This document shows, one piece after another, positions 1 through 20,188 of a stretch of DNA of 64,000 nucleotides. Position 1 is the first letter of the stretch. Every line of letters starts with the position of its first letter. A program made the translations under genes and the position numbers. This DNA comes from the human T2T-CHM13v2.0 reference genome, Homo sapiens. Below the pieces are notes generated by a model. That model was not told where the DNA came from. It made no database searches and worked only from the letters and a program-made list of their open reading frames with translations. The stretch lies in the NCBI RefSeq assembly GCF_009914755.1, contig NC_060925.1. One strand, written 5' to 3'.

Positions 1-474
1 GTGGCATGTGCCTTAGTTCCAGCCATCTGGGGGCTGAGGCAGAAGGATGAGCCCAGGGGGCTGAAGCTGCAGTGAGCCGAGATTGAGCCACTGCACTCCA
101 ACCTGGATGATAGAGCGAGACTGTGTCTCCAAAAAATAAATAAATAATTAATTAAAAATTAAACAAAGAGAGAAAGAAAGACGTAAAAGCGATTCTTCAC
201 TCATGAGCCATACAAAACAAGGTGGTAGGCAGGAACTGGTTTGAGGGCCATAGTTTGCCAACACCTGGATAAGAGAAGATGGCAGATGGATGTAGGCAGA
301 ATGTTTAAAAGCTGAAACAGGCCAGGTGTAGTGGCTCATGCCTATAATCCTAACACTTTGGGATGCCAAGGCAGGAGGATCACTTGAGGTCAAGAGTTCA
401 AGACCAGACTGGCCAACATGGCGAAACCACATCTCTACTAAAAATACAAAAATTATTTTTAGTAATAATTTTTA

Positions 475-867
<393 letters not shown>

Positions 868-1384
868 TCATACCACCAACTAAGAAAAAAGGTTACCAAC
901 AAAACACAACTCACAGATTTCAATGGAGTGAGTGGCGGGGATAGAAACAATCTTAGTTTAGTCTTTATTTTTATTTTTTAAGAGACAGGGTCTTGCTCTG
1001 TCACCCACGCTTCAGTGCAGCGGTGCAATCGTAGCTCACTGCAGCCTTGAATTCCTGGCCTCAAGTGATCCTCCTGCTTCAACTTCCTGAGTAGCTAGGA
1101 CAGACTACAGGTGCATGCCACGCTAATTTTTTTTTTTTTTTTTTTTGGTAGAGACAGAATCTTGCTATGTTGCCCAGTCTGGTCTCAAACTCCTAGCCTC
1201 AAGCAATCCTCCTGTGTCAGCCTCTCTAAGTGCTGAAATTACAGGTGTGAGCCACTGTGCCCTGGCCTTAGACCACTCATTAAATAAATTCTGATCAGGG
1301 GAAGGAAAAATACTACTGAGTGGTAGCCAAAGTGAGGTATACTATTGTTTTAAAAAGCTTTCTGTCTTAGTTTCTCTTCTTTTC

Positions 1385-3860
<2,476 letters not shown>

Positions 3861-3997
3861 TGGCCAGGTGCGGTGGCTCCCACCTATAACCCCAGCACTT
3901 TGGGAGGCTGAGGTAGGCAGATCACCTGAGGTCAGGAGTTCAAGACCAGCCTGGCCAACATGGTGAAACCCCATCTCTATTAAAAATACAAAAATTA

Positions 3998-4188
<191 letters not shown>

Positions 4189-4306
4189 TCATGCGTGTCA
4201 TCCTAGCACTTAGGGAGGCGAAGGTGGAAGGATCACTTGAGGTCAGGTGTTCCAGACCAACCTGGGCAAATACAGAAGGCCCTGTCTCCACAAAAAATAA
4301 AAATAA

Positions 4307-4904
<598 letters not shown>

Positions 4905-5273
4905 TAAGCCATCCTCCCACCTCAGCCTCCCAAAGTGTTGAGATTACAGGCATGAGCCATTATGACTGGCCCGGTTTTAATTTTCTAATGTAGCAGGAAA
5001 GGAAGTGATATAATAACATCTCTATCTCTTGACCAGACTGTCAGGTACTAAAAGATAAGCAGTGACCCATTTCCCACAGTACAAAAGACATTTTACTGCA
5101 CATAATAGGTATTTGATAAATGTTTGCATAACTGAATTGAGTTCCAAGATTATGGATTGGTGAACTAATGCCAGCAGCTACTGATATCAACTGGAAATTT
5201 AGGCAGGATATAAACTTTTAAAATGGTAAAGGAGACATAAAAATCCAAGGATCCGGAAACTATATTTATTTAC

Positions 5274-5347
5274 CTGTACACTCTTTGTAAATCAGACGCT
5301 AAGACTCCAATGTCCACATATTTGCCACATTTGTTACTGGTAAGGTA
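5274..5347 (-). CDS. NVL: NVL coding exon 2 (YLTSNKCGKYVDIGVLASDLQRVY + 2 nt)
   Basis: Minus-strand acceptor ttctgttttag|TAC and donor AG|GTAAAT. 74 nt, in frame with exon 1, continues the recalled NVL sequence. Later exons lie outside the window. Confidence 0.95.
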
Positions 5348-6111
5348 CTAAAACAGAAAATATAACAAATACAAAACACCCAATATTTCAAACTCAGTGA
5401 TTTTAATCAACAGATTGAGCTATCTGAACACATTATACTTTAAGATAAACTCTTCATTAATAAAGTGTACCAGAAACATAAATAAAAGTAACCAAATAAT
5501 TGTCAAATATGAAATCAGAAAATTTAATTAACATTATTAATCACTATAATACAATACTAATAATTATCAGAATAGTTATAAGGCAGTAAGTGAGGGCTTA
5601 CTTACTAATATCCTAGGTTTCCAAACACCCCAGAACACTGCAGTAAACTCATAAGGGTAGGAGGGGATATTTTAAACTTCAAGGAACACAGTGATATTTG
5701 ACATCTGTCAGATACTGCAGAACTACTAGCTTGAGGCAATTTAGTTTCAATATTAAATCACCTTTTGGCTGGGCATGGTGGCTCATATCTGTAATCCCAA
5801 CACTTTGGGAGCCCAGGAGTTTGAGACCACCCTGGGCAACAAAGTTTGACCTCATCTCTACAAAAAAATTAAAAAGTTGGTTGGATGTGGTGGCTTGTGC
5901 TTATACTCCCAGCATTTTGGGAGGCCAAGGTGGGAGATCGCTTAAGCCCAGACTTAGAGGTTGCAGTGAGCTATGATCGAGCCACTGCACTCCAGCCTGG
6001 ATAACAGAACGAGACCTTATCTCAAAAATAAATACATAAATAAGCCCAGGCGTGGTGGCTCACACCCGTAATCCCAGCACTTTGAGAGGCCAAGGCGGGA
6101 GGATTGCTTCA

Positions 6112-6348
<237 letters not shown>

Positions 6349-6379
6349 TTAAATATATAGCTAAGTGAAAATTTATTTA

Positions 6380-6570
6380 AAATATTGTGTAAGACTATCT
6401 TCAGGCTATGTGTGTAAGGTGTATATGAAACATAAATAAACTTCATGTTTAACTTGGGTCCCATCCCCAAATATCTCATTATGTATATGCAAACATTCCA
6501 AAACCTGAAAAAAATCAATCTGAAACATTTTTTGGTCTTAAGCATTTAGAATAAGGGATATTCATTTGTA
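6380..6570. mobile_element. Tigger4/MER46-like relic
   Basis: cttgggtcccatccccaaatatctcattatgtatatgcaaa...gaataagggatattca motifs. Confidence 0.55.
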
Positions 6571-6958
6571 CTTTTATAATGAACCAAAGTGAAAGCTATA
6601 GAGGAAAACTGATAATGTCAAACGCTGAAAAGAGTCAAGTGTGAGGACAGAGAAGAGGCCACTAGATCCAGTAATTAGGAGTCACTGCTCAGAAACCTCA
6701 ATAAAGTGAAGGAGCAAGTTGTGGGACGCGGGAACATCCAGAGGAAGAGTAATTCAGAGTGACTGAACAACGAGAACAAAGGTCCTGTGCTTGGCATGTT
6801 TGAGAAGGTCTGTGTGGCTGGGACAGGAGAGGAAAAGTAAACTAGGACAACAGAGGCCAGAATATGCAGGGCTTTTCAGACTGGGTTTTACTCTAGATGT
6901 CTGTGACTCCACTGAAAGGTTTTGAGCAGGGCTATGGCAAGCTCTGATTTCCCCCCAC

Positions 6959-7108
6959 TTTTTTTTAGTTATACTTTAAGTTCTGGGATACATGTGCAGA
7001 ACATGCGGGTTTGTTACATAGGTATACAGGTGCCATGGTGGTTTCCTGCACCCATCAACCCGTCATCTACATTAGGTATTTTTCCTAATGCTATCCCTCC
7101 CCTAGCCC
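6959..7108 (-). mobile_element. 5'-truncated L1PA 3' end
   Basis: T-tract then ttatactttaagttctgggatacatgtgcagaac..., the canonical antisense L1PA 3' UTR. Confidence 0.8.
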
Positions 7109-8689
7109 GATTTTTCCCTTTAAAAGGATGTCTTGGCCACGCCTGTAATCCCAGCACTTTGGGAGGCTGAGGCGGGCAGATCACCTGAGGTCAGGAGTTC
7201 GAGACTAGCCTGGCCAACATGGTGAAATCCCATCCCTACTAAAAATACAAAAATTAGCCAGGCGTGATGGCATGCACTTGTAATCCCACGTACTCGGGAG
7301 GCTGAGGCAGGAGAATCACTTGAACCCAGGAGGCAGAGGTTGCAGTGAGCAGAAAAAAAAAAAAAAAATTAGATGTCTCTGGCTGCTCTGTGGGGAATAG
7401 GCTTTAGGTAAAAGCAGAATCAGAGAGATCAGTTAGGAGGCTATTGTAATAGTATAAGGTAGAGATGATGGTTTGGACTAAGATGGTTACAGGGAAAGAC
7501 AGTAAGAAGTACTTGGAATATATTTTGAAAGTAAAGCCAACCAGGCTGTTGACAGATGGTATACAGGAAATGAAAGACTCAGAATGATCCTTAAGGTTTT
7601 TGGCCTTAACAACAGGACGAACGGTAGTATCATTTACTGAGATACAGAACACTAAGAAAGGGCAGATTTGAAGGAAGAAAAAAATCACAAATTCCACTTG
7701 GCCATTTTAATTTGGAGATATGCTGACTAGGCAGCTGGATATATCAATCTGTACTTCAAGATAAAATCTGGACTGGAGATATAAAGTTAGCAGTCATAAA
7801 TATACAGAGGCCAGTGCAGCAGCTTGCACCGGTAATCCCAGCACTTTGGGAGGCTGAGGCCCGATCGCTTGAGCCCAGGAGTTAGAGACCAGCCAGAGTA
7901 ACATAGTGGAACCCCGTCTCTACAAATAATAATAATAATAATAAATTAGCCAGGTGTGGTGGTGCACACCTGTAGTCCCAGCTACTGGGGAGGCTGAGGA
8001 GGGAGGATCACTTGAGTCAGGGAGGTCGAGGGTGCAGTGAGTTATGATTGTGCCCATAAACAGCCACTGCACTCTAGCCTGGGCAACAGAGCGAGACTAT
8101 GTCTCAGAAAAATAAAAATAAAATGAAATAAATACATAGATAATAGAGTATGTAGATACTACTCAAAGGTTATTACACTAAATGAGATCACATAGGAAGT
8201 ATGGATAGATAAGAAAGGTGTATGAGGAAAGAGGAAGGGGAGGTAAGAGAACAGTGGCACAGAGCACTTCCAACATTTACAAGTTGGTAGGAAAAGATGG
8301 GTCCGAAAAGGAGATTGTTTAGGGGCTGGTGAAGTGAAAGAAAAACAAGGAGAATTCGTAGCTCACAAATTCCTAAGTGAAGAAAATTCTCTCCCACCTT
8401 TTAACTCAGACTGCTTGCTTACATTCTGAGGTATTTGCCACACACTGCTTTTTACTGATGGTCATGAAAATGAGAAAACCGTAGGCAAAGTGCCTGTTAC
8501 TGTTGCCAGACCCATGTTATCTCGTTTTAGTGTGTAAGTTCCTTGAGAACGGAAATTAACATATTATTTATGCCACCCCTTCTCAAGGACCTCTTACAAT
8601 GCGAGCGTTTGAAGACCATTCCTGTGCTAACTTCACAAGCCAAAGAGGTTAAAATTCAAAGGCTACCTCCACTCTACTGAATGATCTGC

Positions 8690-9450
8690 GCTGAAGACGA
8701 CCAGACAACTTGGGCAGCCCTACCAAGCTGCACCCTCCCACCATCCCCGGCTTCTCCCTGAGACTCCGCACCAACGTGGGTAGGGAAGGCCCCGGCAGCA
8801 CCAACTAAGGAGAAACAGACGCACGCCCAGACCCAGACTGGGGAAAGAAGACTAGTTGAGTTCCACCTGGATGCCACCCGACAAAAGGGGAGTGGCACCC
8901 TGGGGCAGCGATCGGGGCCCTTGGCGAGGCCAAGCGGTGCAGAATACACACCTGGATGACTCGCTGCTTGAGTTTATTATCCACGAACCCTGCAGGTCTG
9001 GGCTTCATCGCGTCGGTCTTTCAAGCCACAGCTCGGACCGCCAGCTCCTAGTCAACCGGGGGCCTCGTAGGGGTTGCCCGCCGCGTTCGCCGGGCCAGTT
9101 GCACCTGAAATGCGCCCCTCCTGGGGCCTAGCCCGCGCCGTTTCCGTCAGAATAAAAGTAATGCGAATGAAGGGGAAAAAATTCCGAGGAGAGGGAGAAG
9201 ACTTGAAAACCTCAGGGAGTTTCTAGGGGCCTTATTTTGCAGGCCTGCCCAGCGGACCCTGGAAGATTAGGACCCCTTTGAACGCGCTCAACTTTATTGG
9301 TTCCCCGCCGGGCGAACCAGGCGGGAGGAAGTTCCTACCCCGGCGCGGTGTGCGGAGACGCTGTCAACGGCGTCCTCTGGAAAACTTGGTTTGCTTTCCT
9401 CAGGCGTTCCAGCCACACCTCATTCTGATACAAAGCTAGTCTTCGCAAAA
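8690..9450 (-). promoter_or_regulatory. NVL: CpG island / promoter and 5' UTR of NVL
   Basis: GC- and CpG-rich, repeat-free stretch around the NVL ATG. CCAAT on the minus strand at 9296-9300. Boundaries approximate. Confidence 0.85.
8952..9008 (-). CDS. NVL: NVL coding exon 1 (MKPRPAGFVDNKLKQRVIQ), nuclear VCP-like AAA+ ATPase
   Basis: ATG at 9008-9006. 19 codons match the recalled N-terminus of human NVL2. Donor CAG|GTGTGT at 8952/8951. Lies in a CpG island. Confidence 0.95.
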
Positions 9451-10464
9451 CCAGCCACGGTAGATACTTGGAGTGATAAAATCAGGGTAAAAACACACCA
9501 CCAGCCGCTGCTTGCTTTCCCACGTAGTTATCCTACATTTTAGAGGCCCGACAAAAGGGCTAGGTGAAAAAGAAAAGGAAGGACGGATTTATCCAGATAA
9601 CTAAGTCATTTGTTACTTTTAGAACTCGTTTGACTTACGCTGTTATCATCGGCAGGTAATTTGTTGAATATATCCAGTGCAGGACTCCTTGGCCCAGAAT
9701 TTTATCAAACGTTTGTATTTGCCCCAAGAAGTTTATCCTGCACTTAGGGAGACACAAAGGGACAGTTACCAAGCATTAAAAAAAAAATGCTGGCTTTAGT
9801 TTCTGTCTTCTTGTTTATTTCAACCGTGTTTTGAGTATTCTTATTTCAGGTCCTCCTTGGCTTATGACAAGGTTAAGTGCAGTGTATTAAGGGGCAGAGG
9901 GGAGAGAAAATGGAATTAAGAGAAGGGCGTGAGGCCGGGCACGGTGGCTCACACCTGTAATCCCAGCACTTTGGGAGGCCGAGGCGGGCAGATCACTTGA
10001 GGTCAGGAGTTCACGACCAGCCTGGCCAACATGGTGAAACCTTGTCTCTACTAAAAATATAAAAATTAGCACTGAATTAAGTATTAGATTTCCCACTCAA
10101 AATATTGATCCGTTTGGTTGCAACTTCATTTCCTACTTCTTCACTATGTGTAGTTTTATTTTTTATTTTTTTAGTTGTAAAATATAAGAACATTCACCAT
10201 CTTAAACATTTTAAAGTGTGCAGTTTAGTGATAATACATTCATAATATGCAACCATCACTGCCATCTAGTTCCAGAACTCTTTTCATCTTGTACAACTAA
10301 AACTCTATACTAATTAAAAAATAACTCCCCATTCCTCCCTCCCCCCAGCCCCTGGCAACTACCATTCTACTTACTGTCTTTATGATTTTGACTACACTAA
10401 CTTCCTCATATAAGTGGAATCTTCCAGTATTTGACTTTTGTGACTGGCTTGTTTCTTAGCTTAA

Positions 10465-10723
<259 letters not shown>

Positions 10724-11136
10724 TGATCTCCAACTCCTGACCTGAGGTGATCCACCTGCCTTGGCCTCCCAAAGTGCTGGGATTACAGGTATAAGCCACC
10801 GCACCTGGCCTTTCCTTCACTTTTAAGGCTGAATAAAATTTGGCTCTTTTGTTGCCATTCTGCCTTTTGCCATGGGATGACACAGCAAGAAGGCCCTCAC
10901 CAAATAACAACTCCTTGATATTGGACTTTCCAGCCTTCTTGCATTCATTCAACAAGTGTTTATTGAGTGCCTACCAGTTTCAGTCTCTGCTCTGCGCCTT
11001 AGGCTTGTGGGGAAAAGTGGAAGAATTATAACTAACTTTTTATAACATTTAAAAAATTTGATTAGGTATTTATGTGCTTGATTAAATGTTAGCAAAGATT
11101 CCCTACAGCATATAGTACAAATGTAGACAATGCTCA

Positions 11137-11483
<347 letters not shown>

Positions 11484-11596
11484 TCAAAAAAACGAACAAA
11501 TAAACAACCACATTGAAAGGCCTAGTAGTATCATGACATGTACTAGGCAATATAGTTTATTAGTCTATAATTTGTCATAGAATACTATCCTACACT

Positions 11597-11765
11597 TAGG
11601 GTTGACTTCATGGGTATGTGACCTGTGCAGTCACACAGGGCCCTGTGCTCAGAAGGGCCCCACAGGTGGTTTAATGCTGTACTGTTGCCATCTTGAAATG
11701 CTTTCTGAATAAGCTGTCCCTTATTTTCATTTTGCACTGGGTCTTACAAATTATGTAACCAGCCA
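11597..11765. mobile_element. MER91-like DNA element
   Basis: gtgcagtcacacagggccctgtgctcagaagggcccc and ttttcattttgcactggg motifs. Confidence 0.55.
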
Positions 11766-11832
11766 TTCATATGTAAACTTGAAGTACTCTAGAATGCTGC
11801 CTTCTTCTTCTTTTTCTTCTTTTTTTTTTTAG

Positions 11833-12045
<213 letters not shown>

Positions 12046-12587
12046 TGATTCGCCTGTCTCGGCCTCTCAAAGTGCTGGGATTACAGGCATGAGCCACTGC
12101 ACCCAGCCACCTCCTTCTTAAAGGCAGGGAATGTGTTGTTCATCTCACTACTGCTTCAGGTGCAGAAGGCAATAATTGAAAGTGAATTAATACTAGATGA
12201 TAATATGCTTGAACATTTCTCGTTGGAATTATTTCATCAATTATTGCCCTGAAGACCATTTTACATTGATTCCAATGTTTGGATTTACAGTATCATGCAT
12301 CAAAACCAAAAAGATTACTGAACAGTAACCTAAGTGCATATACACTTTAAGCACTTCCTTTTTTAATTGAAGCATCCTCCATTCTTTGGTGGTGTAACCC
12401 CACCTAGTGGTAGTGGCGTATTTTATCTTTTGTCTTTCACACTTTCATTCTCCTAAACCTCATACAGTATTTCACAAGCAAACAGCTTCTGGTCTAATTG
12501 TGCTTCATAACTAGGGTGATTTATGTCCAGATTTGCTCAGGACAGTCCTGATTTTTGATTCAGCAAAATTATTGCTAGTATCCCCTT

Positions 12588-13112
12588 TGTGGAAATACAT
12601 GAAGACCAAATACATAAGAAGAGGTGAAGACTATTTGTTCAGAGTTTGCTATAACAAGGGAGTCAGCCACCATCACTTGTGTTTTGGCAGAGCCTCAAAG
12701 ACAGGCAGAGGAGTGGGAAAACTTTATGGTGGGGAATAGGGGAAGGCTTCAGGTACGCCCTAACTGAAGACTGTTGTCATAGGGAAGCTATAGGTGGGCT
12801 AAATAGAACTAGCAGAGCATCCTATGTGTTTGGTTGGGATGCACAGTTGGTTTTCTTTTTGGTCCTATGTTGACAGCAGGTCCAAAAATTAGAAAAGCTA
12901 TCATTTATTAATAAAGTTTTTGCCATCTGGGGCCGTTTGTTACGGGGTTGTTGCTGGGTTCCTGGATTGTTTGCTAGTGATAGTGATCTAACTTCCTACA
13001 TGTCTGACTTGTAGATGATATATTGGTTTTCTGGTCTGGTTGCTGCAGATTGTGAGTCAGAGTTCTATTTTTGCATTTGGTCTGGCCATTTTTCATTCAC
13101 ATGTTCAGTGTC
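12588..13112 (-). mobile_element. ERV1 LTR, MER67/MER31-like
   Basis: Reverse complement resembles recalled MER67-group motifs (gatggtggctgactcccttg, ttggtcttcatgtatttccaca). Confidence 0.55.
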
Positions 13113-13310
13113 TTCCTTTTATCTCTCAAAAAGGTTCTAGTTTGGACAATGTATGACCACTCTATGTATAGTAGGAACATGGAGAAAAAGATGAAGTTTG
13201 CATGTCAGAGGATCCTTACTGAGATGCAAAAATGAGGCTTCCTGCTTGCTGGGAGCTGGAGACTGAGTTCTGTTCTGTTATGTTCTTTTCTTTTCTTTTT
13301 CGAGACAGGG

Positions 13311-13672
13311 TTATATGGTTTGGCTATGTCGCCACTCAAATCTCATCTTGAATTGTGGCTTCCATAATTCTTATGAATTGTAGGAAGGACCCAGTGGCAG
13401 ATAAATGAATCATGGGGGTGGTTTCCCCCATACTGTTCTGGTGGTAGTGAATAAGTCTCATGAGATCTGATGATTTTATAAGGTGTTTCCTCTTTTGCTT
13501 GGCTCTAATTCTGTCTCATCTGCCATCATGTAAGACGTGCCTTTACTCTTCCACCATGATTGTGAGACCTCCCCAGCCACGAGGAACTATAGGTCCATTA
13601 AGTCTGTTTTTCTTTATAAATTACCCAGTCTTGGGTATGTCTTTATCAGCAGTGTGAAAATTGACTAATACA
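13311..13672 (+). mobile_element. THE1 (MaLR) solo LTR inserted in an antisense Alu
   Basis: tatatggtttggct...ctttataaattacccagtc...gactaataca; Alu sequence resumes on both sides. Confidence 0.8.
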
Positions 13673-13920
13673 GAGCATCCCACTCTGTCGACCAGGCTAG
13701 AGTGCAGTGGCATGATTTCAGCTCACTGCAACCTCTGCTTCCCTGTTTTTTTTGTTTTTGTTTTTGTTTTTTTGAGATGTAGTCTTGCTCTGTCGCCCAG
13801 GCTGGAGTGCAGTGGCACGATCTCAGCTCACTGCATCCTCCGCCTCCCAAGTGCAAGCAATTCTCTGCTTCAGCCTCCCGAGTAGCTGGGATTGCAAGTG
13901 CCCACCATCACACCCAGCTA

Positions 13921-14163
<243 letters not shown>

Positions 14164-14595
14164 TCATCACATTGGCCAGGCTGGTCTCAAACTCCTGACC
14201 TCAAGTGATCCGCTCGCTTCAGCCTCCCAAACTGCTGGGATTACAGGCATGGGCCACTGCGCCCGGCCTTGAGTTTTTTGAGATTAAAAAAAATCTTTAA
14301 TTTATTTTATTTGGTAATGGCTAACGATTCCATTTTCTAATCAGGTTTACCATTCTTTGAGGTGATTGCCTCATTTATGTTCCTAATCCTGAATAGAATG
14401 AAAATAATATTTTGAGCTTGGCATTTTATACATTCATTCTACAAATATTTATTGTCTCCTGTGTACCAGTTACTATGCCGAAATCAAAAAAAACAGTGAT
14501 GACCAAAACAGATATGGCCTTGGAACTTATATTCTACAGTGTCCCTTTAGAGAGGGACAGGAGATGAACTGGTAAATCAATAAATGTTTAATTAA

Positions 14596-14983
<388 letters not shown>

Positions 14984-15497
14984 TGAGATGGAGTCTCACT
15001 CTGTCACCCAGGCTGGAGTGCAGTGGCGTGAGCTTGGCTCACTGCAACCTCCACCTCCCGGGTTTCAAGCTATTCAAGCGATTCTCCTGCCTCAGCCTCC
15101 CAAGTAGCTGGAATTACAGGCACGCACCACCATGCCTGGCTAATTTTTTTGTGTTTTTAGTAGAGATGGGGTTTTGTTATGTTGGCCAGGCTGATCTCGA
15201 ACTCCTGACCTCAAGTGATCCACCCACCTCCACCTCCCAAATTGCTGGGATTACAGGTGTGAGCCATTGCTCCTGGCCTGAATCTTTCATATAGAAATTT
15301 TTTAGTAAATAATTGTTAAGTAAATGAATGAAAATTGTGAAGTAAATAATCAGAGTACTGTGATAGAAAATAACAAGGCCAGGTGCAGTGGCTCACGCCT
15401 GTAATCCCAGCACTTTGGGAGGCCGAGGCGGGCAGATCACCTGAGATTGGGAGTTTGAGACCAGCCTGACCAACATGGAGAAACCCTGTCTCTACTA

Positions 15498-15739
<242 letters not shown>

Positions 15740-16249
15740 CTACCCTCAAACCTTGTTCCGTGCATATTACACGTCTGACATGGAAAAAAAAGAAGAAAAT
15801 AAAAAAGGGAGACTACCTCAGTCCCTGGTCAAGGGAGGTCTTTCTGAGAATGTGACAGGTAAGGACTTTAAGTATAGCAGAAGCCAATTGTACAAGGAGA
15901 GTGGGAAGAGTTTGAGGTAGAGAGAGAATAATGTGTGCCAAGACTTTAAGCAGAAAAGAAGTTGACCTGTTCTAGGAACAGAAACAGAGAAAAATAAGCT
16001 TATTTGTTGTTTCAACCACCGTTATTTCAGATTTCTGTCACTCAAAACCAACATTAATTTGAACAAATACAGGTATCTGGAGGAATTTTAAAAGTCGAAT
16101 CTAAGATTGATGCAGAAGAGAAAATGACAGAAAAGAGCCAAAACATTCCTGAATAAGAACCCGGTATCATTAACATTTTTTAAAAAACACTATTGAGGTA
16201 TAATTTACCTATAATAAAAAGGGTCCATTTAAAGTGTATAACTCAGTGA

Positions 16250-16599
<350 letters not shown>

Positions 16600-17365
16600 T
16601 CACTCTTGTGGCCCAGGCTGGGGTACAATGGTGATCATAGCTCACTGTAGGTTCAGCCTCCTGAACTCAAGTGACCCTCCTGCCTCAGCCTCCTGAGTAG
16701 TTAGGATTACAGGCATGTGTCACTGTGCTGGCTTTTTTTTTTTTTTTTAAACTGGGTCTTGCTGTGTTACCCAGGCTGGTTTCGAACCCCTGGCTTCAAC
16801 CAATCCTTCTGCCTCAGCCTCCAAGAATGCTGGGATTACAGGTGTGAGCCACCATGCTGGGGAAATTTTTTTTTAATTGAGGTAAATATACATAGCATAA
16901 AATTCACCATTTTATTCATTTTAAAGTATACAATTCAGTGGCATTTAGTATGTTTACAGGGTTATGCAGACATTACCACTATATAGTTCCAGAACATTTC
17001 ATTAGCCCAGAAAGAAACCCTGTAACTATTAAGCAGTCACTTCAGTTTTCCCCTCTTCCCAGCCCCTGGAAACCACAAATCTACTTTTTGTTTCTATGGA
17101 TTTGCCTATTTTGGACATTTCATATAAATGGAATTATACAATATGTGACCTTTTGTGTCTGACTTCTTTCACTTAGCATAATGTGTCCAAGGTTTCTCCA
17201 TGTTATAGCATATATTAATACTTCATTCCTTTTCATTGCTGAGTAATATTCTGTGGTATAGATATATCCCATTTTAGTTATCAGTTCATCACCTGATAGA
17301 CATTTGGGTTATTTCCACTTTAAGTTTCAGTTCTGTGGGGTATACAGTACACCCAGGAGTGGAAT

Positions 17366-18561
<1,196 letters not shown>

Positions 18562-18723
18562 GAATTGCTGGGTCATATAATTCAGTATTTAACTTTTTGA
18601 AGAATCACTGAACTGTTCCCTCCAGCTGCTGCAACATTTTACATTTGTACCAGCAATGTATTGAAGGTTCAGATTTCTCTGTATCCCCCCCAACAGTTAA
18701 TTTCTCTTTTGTTTTTTAATTAC

Positions 18724-19689
18724 TGTGGGGAAAAGCAAGAGAGATCAGATTGTTACTGTGTCTGTGTAGAAAGAAGTAGACATAGGAGACTCCATTTTGT
18801 TATGTACTAAGAAAAATCCTTCTGCCTTGAGATTCTGTTAATCTATAACCTTACCCCCAACCCCGTGCTCTCTGAAACATGTGCTGTGTCAACTGAGTTG
18901 AATGGATTAAGGGCGGTGCAAGATGTGCTTTGTTAAACAGATGCTTGAAGGCAGCATGCTCCTTAAGAGTCATCACCACTCCCTAATCTCAAGTACCCAG
19001 GGACACAAAAACTGCGGAAGGCCGCAGGGACCTCTGCCTAGGAAAGCCAGGTATTGTCCAAGGTTTCTCCCCATGTGATAGTCTGAAATATGGCCTCGTG
19101 GGAAGGGAAAGACCTGACCGTCCCCCAGCCCGACACCCGTAAAGGGTCTGTGCTGAGGAGGATTAGTAAAAGAGGAAGGAATGCCTCTTGCAGTTGAGAC
19201 AAGAGGAAGGCATCTGTCTCCTGCCTGTCCCTGGGCAATGGAATGTCTCGGTATAAAACCCGATTGTACGCTCCATCTACTGAGATAGGGAAAAACTGCC
19301 TTAGGGCTGGAGGTGGGACCTGTGGGCAGCAATACTGCTTTGTAAAGCATTGAGATGTTTATGTGTATGCATATCTAAAAGCACAGCACTTAATCCTTTA
19401 CATTGTCTGTGATGCAAAGACCTTTGTTCACGTGTTTGTCTGCTGACCCTCTCCCCACTATTGTCTTGTGACCATGACACATCCCCCTCTCGGAGAAACA
19501 CCCACAAATGATCAATAAATACTAAGGGAACTCAGAGGCTGGCGAGATCCTCCATATGCTGAACGCTGGTTCCCCGGGTCCCCTTATTTCTTTCTCTATA
19601 CTTTGTCTCTGTGTCTTTTTCTTTTCCAAATCTCTCGTCCCACCTTACGAGAAACACCCACAGGTGTGTAGGGGCAACCCACCCCTACA
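18724..19689 (+). mobile_element. Solo HERV-K (HML-2) LTR, LTR5_Hs-like
   Basis: Starts TGTGGGGAAAAGCAAGAGAGATCAG and ends GGGGCAACCCACCCCTACA; 966 bp. 6-bp TSD AATTAC at 18718-18723 and 19690-19695. TATAAAA at 19252, AATAAA at 19514. Confidence 0.95.
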
Positions 19690-19800
19690 AATTACAGCCA
19701 TTTTAGTGGGTGTGAAGTAATACCTTTTTCTTTTTCTTTTTCTTTTTTTTTTTTTGAGACAGCGTCTCACTGTGTCACTCAGGCTGGCATGCAGTGGCAT

Positions 19801-20188
19801 GGGGGCTCCAGGTCCTCGCTGGGCACCTCTCTGCCCAACCCTCTGCACCCAGCCGGCTTCTCCCCCACCGACGGGGAGCCCCGCCTGGCCCCATCGCAGA
19901 GACCCCCAGGGCGGCGGGCTTTTGTTGGGGGGTTCCCGCTTGTCCCTGGCTCCTGCCGTCTCTGTGGAGCGCGGCACCGCCTTGGATCCAGCTCCACCTC
20001 CTCCCCGTGCCCTCCCCACGAGGCCTGGGAGCGGGTCCTGCCCGGCTGCGCAAGGGTGGGGGTCGCGCAGTTAGCTGCCTTTGGGATGCAGAGCACAGGG
20101 GACCCACCGCCGCCACTGCTGCTCCTGCAGCCGCTCCAGCTGCTACTGCTTGCACCTTCCTGCTGCAGCTCGCGCAGTGGCAGTGGCC
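19801..20188 (-). mobile_element. MER52-like ERV1 LTR fragment (GC/CpG-rich)
   Basis: Minus strand reads gcagcagtggcggcggtgggtcccctgtg...cacccttgcgcagccgggcaggacccgctcccaggcc, resembling the recalled MER52 consensus. Confidence 0.65.
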
